Shown one piece after another: positions 25,190 through 35,120 of a stretch of DNA of 64,000 nt (position 1 is its first letter; every line of letters begins with the position of its first letter). The stretch comes from Cetorhinus maximus. Lineage: Eukaryota. The notes under the pieces are model-generated. The model was not told where the DNA came from. It saw nothing but the letters and a program-made list of their open reading frames with translations, and did not search any database. The translations under genes were made by a program, and so were the position numbers. The stretch lies in assembly GCF_964194155.1 (NCBI RefSeq), contig NC_135879.1, forward strand, positions 138,632,001 to 138,696,000. Direction: 5' to 3'.

Positions 25190-26380
25190 CTACGTGATGG
25201 TTCATTGGATTAAAGCCTCCTGGGTGTCCCTGCCTCCCTGCAGTATGCCTGGGTCAGCATCTAGCTTCTCAGCATTTCCCTGTGCATGCTCATCCTCAGA
25301 CTCTCTGCTGGACTCATCGTGTGCAGCCACAGCCACTGCGTCGACATCTTCATCGTCCACTGCGTCCTCCCTTTCCAGGCAAGATTGTGGAGAGCGCTGG
25401 GGGGTAATGGAGTGCAGTCTCTGAGCGGTCCAGGCATCGGAAGCGCATCTTGAGAAGACCGATGGATCTCTCCACCACAGCCCTTTTGGAGGCGTGGCTC
25501 CTATTGTACCGCTGCTCAGCTTCTGTTCTTGGATGGCGGAGAGGCGTCATGAGTCACCTTCTGAGGGGATAGCCCTTGTCACCCAGCAGCCATCCATCCA
25601 GCCGGGCTGGAGCACCAAAGAGCCCCGGCACCAGGGAGTGTCTGAGTATGTAGGTGTCGTGGGAGCTGCCTGGGTACCTTGCAGACTTGTAGAATCAGCA
25701 TCCTGTCATCACACACTATCTGCATGTTCATGGAGTGAAAGCCCTTCCCATTGACAAAGGCACTGGGCTCACCTGCTGGTGCCTTGATGGCCACATGTTT
25801 ATAGTCTATTGCACCCTGGACACGGGGGAAGCCAGCAATGGCCGCAAAGCCTCTGGCTCGCTCTGTCTGGCTTGCCTGGTCCCAATGGTAGTAGATGAAG
25901 GTCAATGAACACCTGAACAGAGGATCTGTAACCTCTTTGACACAAGTGTGCTGATTGGGAGGCACCGCAAAGATCACCCACCGAGCCCTGGAAGGAGCCA
26001 GAGAAGTTGAGGGCAGCTGTGACCTTCAGAGTCACTGGCATGGGGTGTCCACCTGCACAGTTAGTGGAAATCTCAGGGCCTATCATCTAACAGGTATAGT
26101 TGACTGTCTCCCTTGAGAGGCAGAACCTCCTTTGTCACTGCACCTCAGACATATTGAGGTAACTGCTTGGCCACCTGTATACCCTGGCAGCAGGATAGTG
26201 GCATCTTCTGCAGCCCCTTCCGCCTTGGACTACCTCTTGGCCCTGCGCCCCTTGTGCCTGCACCTGTTCTCCCAATGATGTCTCCCCTGGAGGCTGAATG
26301 TGCACTCCTGGCCTCCTCCCCCTTCCAGCCCTCCCTTCCTCAGAGGAGGAGGTGCCTCTCATGAACAGTTCAGCTCCCAT
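25190..26380 (-). pseudogene. HARBI1-like Harbinger DDE transposase
   Basis: Chained ORFs: YLNMSEVQ, GFPRVQGAIDYKHV, FHSMNMQIVCDD, GDKGY, YNRSHASKRAVVERSIGLLKMRFRCL; several stops and frameshifts. Confidence 0.92.
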
Positions 26381-27402
26381 TCCCAGGCTAAGGGAAGGCT
26401 TCCTGAAACCTGCAGGCGCAGAAAAGATTCCTCACTGCAGAGTATTGACCTGAAGGTTAGAAATCCAGAAAAAGCAGCTGGTATGTGTTTTGAAGTACTG
26501 CAGATCACACAGGCAAGTTTCAAAAACTTTCATAAATAAATACTTGATTGTGCACACTTGCGACCACAGTAAGCCCTTTTATCCTGCCCGTGGATGAGGT
26601 TTATAAAAATGAGGCCTACATGCCTGCCTGTTGCACCCATGTGCCGACCTGAAGATTGCACAGATGCCGAAAAATCGGCATCGATTGGCGCCTCAAGGGC
26701 CTTAACTGGCCCGTTAATTAATGGCGAGCGCATGTCGGACATCATCGCGCACCCATCCAGCGAAATATCATGATGGCGCGCAGTGACGTCAGGACACTCG
26801 CCCGACGTCACTGTGCATCATTTTACGTGCAGACATGCTGGGCCTGCCCCCCGCACGCCAAAGGAAAAATTCTGCCCCTGCAGACCAGTCTCCCAACTTA
26901 TCTAGTCATTTATAAAAAGCAACAATCCCTGCAAGATATCACTAGTAACTGCCTCCAAGTAGATCCGCAGCCATGGATAAAAACCTTCTGCTTCTGGTAG
27001 TTTAGCCAATTCCTAATCTATTGCAGCAGTATTCTCAATGATTCTATGAGATTCTGCCAGATGTGCGATACCTTATCAAAGACCTGCTGAAAATCGAAGT
27101 AAACAAAGTCTATTGGTATATCCCCAAACTTCATAAAATATTATAGCAAGCTAGTAAAAATAATTTATATTCAAACAAGTGCCACTTATTATTTCTACTT
27201 GCATGCAGTTTCTTCCCTTCCACATTAAGGCTGGTTGATTTTATTATTCACATTGTTAATCTTCTCCCAGATCTTCTTATTCATGGGCCATGAGTTGACT
27301 GATTATTTTCTGACAATCTCTTTGCATTGTGTAATTGTCAATTGATTTCCCAACTCAAAAGGTTCAGTGCGTTTTTGGCCAGGCTCGGAGCAGAAACACT
27401 GT

Positions 27403-27519
27403 GGGCAGAATTTTACGACAGCGGGATTTTACGCTCCCGCTGTCGTCAGTGGGGGTTATAACGGCCCGCTGCATTTTACGGCCCCGTGCCCACTGAAACG
27501 GGGCCGTAAAATTCTGCCC
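27403..27519. mobile_element. 117-bp Harbinger mini-MITE
   Basis: Perfect TIR GGGCAGAATTTTACG / CGTAAAATTCTGCCC; TGT TSD at 27400-02 and 27520-22. Confidence 0.9.
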
Positions 27520-27920
27520 TGTGAGTCAGGAGTAGCACTCGCTGCTGAGTCAAAAGGTTGTGGGTTTGAGCCCTACACCCGAGACTTGAGTACAATATAT
27601 AGGCTTGAGTGATGTACTGTCAGAGGTGCCATCTTTTGGACAAGATGCCAAACCAAGTCCCCACTTTGCCCTCGTAAGTGAATGTAACAGATCCTGTAGC
27701 ACTATCTGAAGAAGCAGAGTTGCGCTTCTGGTGTTTTCCACAGCATTTATCTCTCAAACAACAACACTAAAATAGATTATCTGGTCATTAATCACATTGC
27801 TGTTTTTGAAACCTTGATGTGTACAAATTGGCTGTCATGTTTCCTACAAGACAATAATAACCATATTTCAAGAGTACTTAATTGGTTGCATAAAGCATTG
27901 TACAAATAGCAATTCTTTCA
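27520..27920 (+). mobile_element. tRNA-derived SINE resembling the Deu-domain SINEs (SacSINE1/AmnSINE-like)
   Basis: tRNA-like head GTAGCACTCGCTGCTGAGTCAAAAGGTTGTGGGTTTGAGCCC, then GAGGTGCCATCTTT..GATGCCAAACC and GATTATCTGGTCATT..CACATTGCTGTTT. A related tail fragment lies at ~41053-41125. Family name is from recall. Confidence 0.65.
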
Positions 27921-28241
27921 TTCTTCCTTATCTCTGTGTCCAGGTCTCTAAAACAAGCTTTATAAAAGCTTTATTGAACTATTTTATTACACAGCTGTTA
28001 AGTACAAAGCTTAATATAAACTTGTCTTAAATGACAAATATTATGTGCAAATTTAAGTACTTGAAGTGCGTAAGCAGCATTATTACAAGTATATCCTGGT
28101 AACAAAGCATTGGATTGCACAAAAATTCCACATCAGCAAATGGTACACATGTGGCATCTTGATTTTGGTCTGTTAAATGGTACAAATTAAGGGCTATTCA
28201 CAAAGAGAGGAAAAGTTGGGCAATATTTTTATCAACTTATT

Positions 28242-28930
28242 GGGGCTAAATTTGATAGCTCCCAAAAATGGATGGGGTGACCTTGATATATGCTACACCC
28301 ATGCCAGTTCAATATGATGCAGGCAGTACACAAGTTTTCTGCTGCTTTTTGATTGCATGCTGCAAATGTTTCAGCCTGCACACTTCAACAGAGGGACCAA
28401 AATCAAAGGCTAGCATCAGTTAAAACTAACCTGTACTATTTAAAACCAGCCTGTACCTCTTAAAGGTGAGGCTATGGCTGTGGCAAGTGCTGGACATCAT
28501 TCTACAACTGATTTCTGACCTGGGAAAGAGAAAATAATGCCACAACAAGGGGGAGAATGGGCTCCAGGTTATGGGCCTGGATTTGGAAAGGAGTATTGGA
28601 GGTGTCCTCTATACACAGGAAACCAAGAGGAACTCCAGATACACATTCAGAGCAGTCGAGGCAGATAGCTTGTAAAGGTTAACAAGAGTGAAGACAAAAG
28701 GAAATGGATTAATTCCACAAGCAGCTCAAATGACCTTGCACAAGCAGTCAAGGTTAATGAATGCATTGTCAATTGCCATATCCTATCATTTGCACCATTA
28801 GCCTTGGACACTGCTTAATTTACCAAATCTCCCTCTACTCACCTGCCTACAATCCCTATCAGGACTCAAACCTAGCATTCATATGTTCCACCACATCCTC
28901 AAACATTTAACACTGTTGCAAGCCTCAGAC
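28242..28930 (+). mobile_element. Very old Harbinger remnant with a decayed Myb exon
   Basis: GGGGCTAAATTTG start; W..Q..K..NDL-like stretch at ~28705-28755. Confidence 0.35.
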
Positions 28931-28954
28931 CACACCTTACAGTTTGAAAAGCAC

Positions 28955-29840
28955 TTTGTTTTTATTCACTCATGTGGGCATCACTTAGAAGGTTAGCATT
29001 TATTGCCAATTTGAATGACCCTTGAAGGTGGTGGTGAGCTGCCTTGCTGAACTGCTACAGTCCATGCGTTGTTAGGTAGGGAATTCCGAGGTTTTCACCT
29101 AGTAACACTGAAGGAACAGCAATATTATTCCAAATCAGGATAGTGAGTAACCTGGAGGAGTCTTGCAGGGGACTTGCAGTTGATGGTGTCCCCATGCACC
29201 TGTTGTCCTCATTATTCTAAGGGGTAGAGGTTACTGATTTGGAAGGAGCTGTCAAAGGAGGATTGGTGAGTTTCTACAGTACATCTTGCAGATGATGCAC
29301 ATGGCTGCCACAATGGACGTAATGCATGTTTGAGGTGGGGAGTGGGATGTCAATCAAATGGGCTGCTTTACCAGGATGGTGTCAAACTTCATGAGTGTTG
29401 CTGAAGCTACACTCATCCAGGCTAGAGAATATTCCATGAAGCAGCTGAGGATGGTTGGACCTAGTACACTCCCTGAGGAACTCCTGCAGCGATGTCCTGG
29501 GGCTGAGATTATTTGGCCTTCGAGTAACCACAACCTTTTTTACCTTCCTTTGTACTAGGTATGACTCCCGCCAGCCAAGATTTCCACCTCCCCACCACCA
29601 CCACCAACCCCCAACCAATTCCGATGAATTTTGAATTTTACTCGGGCTCCTTTATTCAGTCTGACAGTGCTTTGATATCAAGGACAATCACTCTCACCTC
29701 CTTTGGAAAATAGCTCTTTTGTCCATGTTTGGACCAAGGCTGTAATGAGATCTGGGACACAGTGGTCCCAGCAGATTTCAAACTGAGCATCGGTGAACAG
29801 GTTATTGTGAAGTAAATGCCACTTGATAACACTGTCGACT
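28955..29840 (-). mobile_element. CR1-clade LINE family B fragment with deletions
   Basis: PDLITALVQTWTKEL; tail TTTTTATTCACTCATG. Confidence 0.75.
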
Positions 29841-30595
29841 ACAGGGATAGGTGGGAGCCGTGGTTCACTAGAAAGGTTAAAGACAGTATCAAACTTAAAG
29901 AGAAAGTATATCATTGTGCAAAGATAGGTGGAAGGCCGGAAGATTGTACAGAATATAAGGAACAGCAAAGGATGGCTAAAAGATTAATAAGGAGGGAAAA
30001 ATTAGAGTACGAGAGAAAGCTAGCCAGGAATATAAAAAGATAGTAGGAGTTTCTATAAATATTTTAAAGAAATGAGTTAATAAAGTGAGTGTTGCTCCTG
30101 TGGAAAGTAAGTGTGGAGAATTGATAATGGAAAACAAGGAAATGGCAGATGAATTGGACAGGTATTTTGCATCAGTCTTCCTATAAGTAACATCCCAGAA
30201 GCAGCTATAAATCAGGAAATGGAAGGGAGGGAGAAGCTCAGGAAAATTACAATTACCAGAGAAGTGGTAAATTGTTGGAACTGTGGGATGACAAGTGCCC
30301 AGGCCATGATGGACTTCATCCTAGAGTCTTAACAGGACTGGCTAGTGTGAAAGTTGATGCATTGGTTTCAATTTTCCAAAACTCCCTAGCTTCAGAGAAG
30401 GTCCCATTTGGTTGGAAAATAGCAAATGTAACTCCATTATTCAAAAAGGGAGGGAGACAGAAAGAGGCCAGTTAGCTTAACATCTGTCAGAGGGAAAATG
30501 TTAGAAACTATTATGAAAGAAGTTATAGCAGGGCACTTGGATAAGTGCAAGGTCATCAGGCAAAGTCAACATGGTTTTGCGAAAGGGAAATCATG

Positions 30596-31284
30596 GAAAG
30601 AATTTTCCTCCCGTCGGTGGTGGGGGGGGTGGGGGGGGGGGTGGGGGTGGGGGGGGGGGGGGTGCAGGAGCGGGTGCGGGCAGGCACGCCTCCGATCGGT
30701 GCCCCCAATTGAGGGCGCGCCGCCATTTTATGTGAGAGGGCCAATTAAGGCCCGCCCTGCATGACGTCCACCAGGAAGTACTATGTGCTCCATGTGCGGG
30801 TGGGGAGAGGGGGGGGATTCCCTCCCCCTAAGGCTAAGTGCTGCCTCAGGGAAATCTGTGCCAAATTTAAAAATGGCCAATTTCCCTGACATGTCCCCTC
30901 ATGTGACACTGTCACATGAGTTGGGACATGTCCATCACTTTTAATCAAACAGTTATTAAATTTTTAAAAACCATCATGAAACCTCATCCTGCCCGTGGAT
31001 GAGGTTTCATGCTTTTTCTGAAGCCCGCCAGGGCTCCCAGCCTGCCCGCCAACCTTAAAGTTGGATAGGCAGGTCCATTAATTATTTGAATTACTTTTTA
31101 AATGGCCTCAGTAGGTCGTTGACAAGTTGGCAGGCGCACAACTGATTCGGCTGCGCCCCCGCTGACTTGAAAATTGAAATGACGCGGGGTGACGTCGGGA
31201 GTTCCGCCCGTCGCCATCCCGCATCATTTTATGCATCGGCGAGCGGGTCCCGCCCCTCGCTCACCAACCTAAAGATCCTGGCCC
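30596..31284. mobile_element. Harbinger MITE
   Basis: Interrupts CR1 exactly at GKS|CL with an ATG duplication (30593-95, 31285-87); ends GAAAGAATTTTC ... AAGATCCTGGCCC. Confidence 0.85.
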
Positions 31285-32440
31285 ATGTTTAACCAACTTA
31301 TTGGAGTTCTTTGAGGAAGTAACATGTGCTGTGGGTAAGGGGGAACTGGTGGATGTACTGTACTTAGATTTCCAGAAGGCATTTGATAAAGTGCCACATC
31401 AAAGGTTATTACATAAAATAAAAGCTCATGGGAAAGGGGGTAACATATTGGCATGGATAAAAGATTGGCTGGCTAACAGGAAGCAGAGGGTAGGCATAAA
31501 TGGGTCTTTTCATGTTGGCAAGGTGTAACGAGTGGTGTGCCACAGGGATCAGTGGTGGGACCTCAACTGTTTACAATTTAAATAAATGATTTGGATGAAG
31601 GGATGGTTGCCAAATTTGCTGATGGCAGAAAGACAGATATCAAAGTAAGCTGTGAAGAGGACATAAGAAGGCTACAACGAGATATAGATAGGTTAAGTGT
31701 GTGGGCAAAGATCTAGTAAATCGAATATAATATGGGAAAATGTGAAACTGTCCATTTTGGCAGGAATAATAAAAGAGAAGCATATTATCTAAATGGTGAG
31801 AGATTACAGAGCTCTGAGATGCAGAGGGATCTGGGTGTCTTAGTGCATGAATCACAAAAGGCTAATATGTAGGTACAGCAAGTAGTTAGAAAAGCTAATG
31901 AAATGTTATCATTTATTGCAAGGCGAATTGAATACAAAAGTAGGGAGGTTATGCTTCAGTTACACAGAGCACTAGTGAGGGAAAATCTGGAGTACTGTGT
32001 ACAGTGTTGGTCACCTTATTTAAGGAAGGATGTAAGTGTGTTGGGAGCAGTTCAGACATTTATAAGACTAATACCTGGAATGAGCGGGTTGTCTTAAGAG
32101 GAACTGTTAGACAGGCTAGGCTTGTATACGCTGGAGTTTAGAAGAATAAGAGGTGACTTGATTGAAACATATAAGATCCTGAGGGGTCTTGACAGAATGG
32201 ATGTGGAGAGGATGTTTCCTCTTGTGGGAGAATCTAGAACTAGGGGTCACTGTTTAAAAATAAAGCATTGCCTATTTAAAACAGAGATGAGGAGAAATGT
32301 TTTCTTCCAGAGGGTCATGAGTTTTTGGAACTCTCTTCCTGAAAAGGTAGTGGAAGAATATTTTTAAGGCAGGGGTTGTTAGTTTCTTGGTAAGCGAGAG
32401 GGTGATAGGTTATCGAGGGTAGGCGTGATGCAGATTTGAG

Positions 32441-32928
32441 GGCCAAAATTTTCACGTCGGCGTGCAAGGGCGGGCCCGGCATGCCGACACGTAAAATGAC
32501 GCGCAGTGATGTCGTTCAGCAGGCACGCACTGGAGGCGGCTGCGAGCCTGCCGAACTTCAAAGTCCTGTTAAGGCCATTAAAAAAATCAATTGAAGTAGT
32601 TAACAATACTGCCCGTCCAACCTTAAGGTTGGCGGGCAGGCGAAGAGCCCAAGCAACCTTCGCATTTTTCAGGAAACCTCATCTACGGTGGTAGATGAAG
32701 TTTCCTGGAGGTTTTATTAAATAAATATTTTTTTCAGAATTCATAAACATGTCCCAGCTCATGTAACACCAAGGGGACATGTCTAAATAATTTTAATCTT
32801 TCTTTAAAACTTTCAATCTGAACTTAATCTCCCTGAGGCATGCAGCTGCCTCAGGGAGATTTCTGCACTCTTTTGCGCGCATGCCCACCCACGATTGCAG
32901 GCGGCGCCTGCTCCCGAAAATTCTGCCC
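32441..32928. mobile_element. Harbinger MITE
   Basis: GGCCAAAATTTT ... AAAATTCTGCCC; TSD GAG/AAG; inserted in the CR1 3' UTR. Confidence 0.85.
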
Positions 32929-33044
32929 AAGTTTCCTATCAGATCAGCAATGATATTATTGAATGGCAGAGCAGGCTCAAGTGGCCGAATGGCCTACTCC
33001 TGCTCTTTGTTCGTATATATGTTTGTATGTCATGGATACAAGAG

Positions 33045-33392
33045 AAAGGGAGTGTTAATGGTAGCGGTAAAGACTAAAGAAGGTGCTGATAGTGGCATAA
33101 AGGTAAAATAGCAGAATGTGTTAATTGCAGAACAAAGATCAGCACTCTGTAAAAGCACGATATAGAAACCAGTGCCAGATAACCCTGTGGCAGTTGGAAT
33201 GGTGGGGGTGGGGGGGGGTAGATTGGGGAAAAAAGATTAAGGAAAATAAATATAAATAAATAAATAAGAAGAATTAAAATAAAAAACAAAATTAAAATTA
33301 AAATTAAAATTTAAAAAATGGATTAAAGGGGTAAAGACGGAGGAGAGAGTTCATGGTCTGAAGTTGTCGAACTGAATGTTAAGTCTGGACGG
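33045..33392 (-). mobile_element. Penelope-like element 3' fragment (ORF C-terminus + 3' UTR)
   Basis: Minus strand CTT AAC ATT CAG TTC GAC AAC TTC AGA CCA TGA (LNIQFDNFRP*) resembles the P.GLN end of PLE GIY-YIG ORFs, followed by a pyrimidine-rich UTR. Confidence 0.55.
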
Positions 33393-33394
33393 CT

Positions 33395-34130
33395 CATGTT
33401 GGTTCTCTTTACCTTTTGCAGGACCAGTCTGGCAGATATGTTTTTCAGGACTTGGCTAGTTCGGATAGTAGTGGATTCACCAACCACTCTTGTTGATAGA
33501 CATTGAAGACCCCCACTCAGAGTATACACTTTGCCCTTGCTACCCTCAGTGCTTTTTCCAAGTTGTATTCAATATGGAGGATTGCTGATTCGTCAGTTTA
33601 GGGAGGGCTGAAGGTTTCCTTTTCCATGTTTGGCTTGATACCATGAGGCTTCACAAGGTCCGATATCAATTCTGAAGATACCCAGTATATAATCAATATG
33701 CTGCCACCTCTGGTGGGTCTGTCCTGCTGGGGGCACAGGACATAACTTCCCCAAAACTGCTGTTAGACTAATAGGCCTATAATTTCCTAGCTTCTCTCTC
33801 TTACTCTTCTTAAATAGTGGATTGGCATGACAATCTTCCAATCCAAGAGACAATTCCTGAATCGAGAGTGTTTTAGAAGATCATAATTAAACACTTCAAC
33901 AATTTTTTCACCTATTATTTTTAATACCCTAGAGTGGAAACATCAGGTACCAGGGACATATTAGTTTCACGTCACCATGTTTTAATATTGAATCACGTTA
34001 GCTCCCCTCCTTGAGTTTATTTTTTGGTTTTCTTTTTTCTCTCGTATTCTATCCTCATACTCTACTTGAAAATGGACATAAAGTAGCTATTGAGTAAGCC
34101 TGCCATTTCCTAATTCCCTGACAAAGAAAG
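33395..34130 (-). mobile_element. Abutting LINE fragments (family B 33395-33750; CR1 33750-34130)
   Basis: ANPLFKKSKREKLGNYRPISLTAVLGK in ORF 33593..33853; CCACCTCTGGTGGGTCTGTCCTGC typical of an APE region (R.DRPTRGG on minus). Confidence 0.55.
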
Positions 34131-35120
34131 TGAAACACCAGCTGACTTGCCAGGCAGAGAGTCGAAGACCACTCTGCATTATTAAAGCCAAGGTCAGACA
34201 ACAGCAAAAAAATTCTTACTAACAGCCAAACTTGACAAGCATTAACATCAAAGAAGTCCATCTGTGGCTGTTTTGAGCTTTTATTCCCATGTGACATCTT
34301 GAAAATAGATGCAGGTCCATGAACAAAGACAAATTATGTTTGGTTTTAAGCTAGCTATAAGTGGGATAGTAGCAACCTGAAAATAGTTTCTTGCCCCAAT
34401 TAGGAGTGCTCCAGGCACCTCTTATTTTTAAAAGGGGCCTATCACTGGGTGCCTGAAGCACCCATCTGTTTCAAGTGATAAGCCCTTTTAATATGCAATT
34501 TAGGATTCTACAACATTCATGCAAGATCTGCAAAGTTTCATGCTGGCAATACAGCCAATCAGCTTCCCAAAGGTAGGTTGTATTTTTGTGGGGCTAGGAG
34601 TAGATATTCTAGTGGCTGCATAAAAATTACCACTATGGCACCAGGTTTCCCCCTCCCTGCAAGAATAGTTTCCTCATAAACTACTCCTTTCTGAGTCAGG
34701 TCATCCTTTGGGCTGCTTGATATGCTGCTAACCTGGAGCCAATGGACTGCCCCAGGGTACCTGTTCTCCACCTGCAGTAGGCATGTAATGAAGCCTGGCC
34801 TTCAAAATGGACTGTGCCTCCATGGGCATGATCAGGTGGCAGTCCAGCACACTCTGCCAGGCAGTTGCCCCATCATTGTTTCTTAAAAGGTTTTAGAGCC
34901 TCTGAGCATCAAGCTGACTATTTCAACAGAATACCTCTTCTGGATATCTGAGATAGTCATGCAGTGACTAAACCTTATTACCGGTGTTGCAAAATTCAGA
35001 TAATATATGGAAAGTTGAAGTGAAAGTCATAAACTTACGTGGGTTCATTTTCTGTAAAAAGTTACTTAGTAGTAAATCAAAGTAATGTGCTACTTAATAT
35101 GCAGCATGGTATTTTGTGTA

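Larger units (their letters stand above)
22461..26877. mobile_element. Full-length autonomous-type PIF/Harbinger transposon (4417 bp), inactivated
   Basis: TIRs GGGCTGAATTTT / AAAATTCTGCCC; 3-bp TSD CTG (22458-60, 26878-80); convergent Myb/SANT and transposase genes with opposed AATAAA signals (~24981 on +, ~25080 on -). Confidence 0.93.
21760..27350 (-). mobile_element. Old CR1 LINE split by the full-length Harbinger
   Basis: ORF 21971..22261 (AIAKANRLLG, LYKGLARR.WVQFW); DF..VFDKVSH-like sequence at ~27070-27100. Confidence 0.6.
29845..33030 (+). mobile_element. CR1 LINE ORF2 + 3' UTR, interrupted by two MITEs
   Basis: WKIANVTPLFKKGGR, QSQHGFAKGKS|CLTNLLEFFE, YLDFQKAFDKVPH, LEYCVQCWSPY, RGDLIETYKI. 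Confidence 0.92.

Noticed and set aside
27530-27600. tRNA genes (also ~2060-2135 and ~62890-62960)
   Set aside because: Degenerate tRNA-like heads continuous with SINE bodies; no complete cloverleaf.
29830-29860. Head-to-head junction of two different LINEs as a chimeric element
   Set aside because: No shared TSD found; simple adjacency or a deletion in a TE-dense region explains it.
30616-30663. Long G-tract as a functional G-quadruplex
   Set aside because: Homopolymer expansion inside a MITE; length possibly affected by sequencing error.
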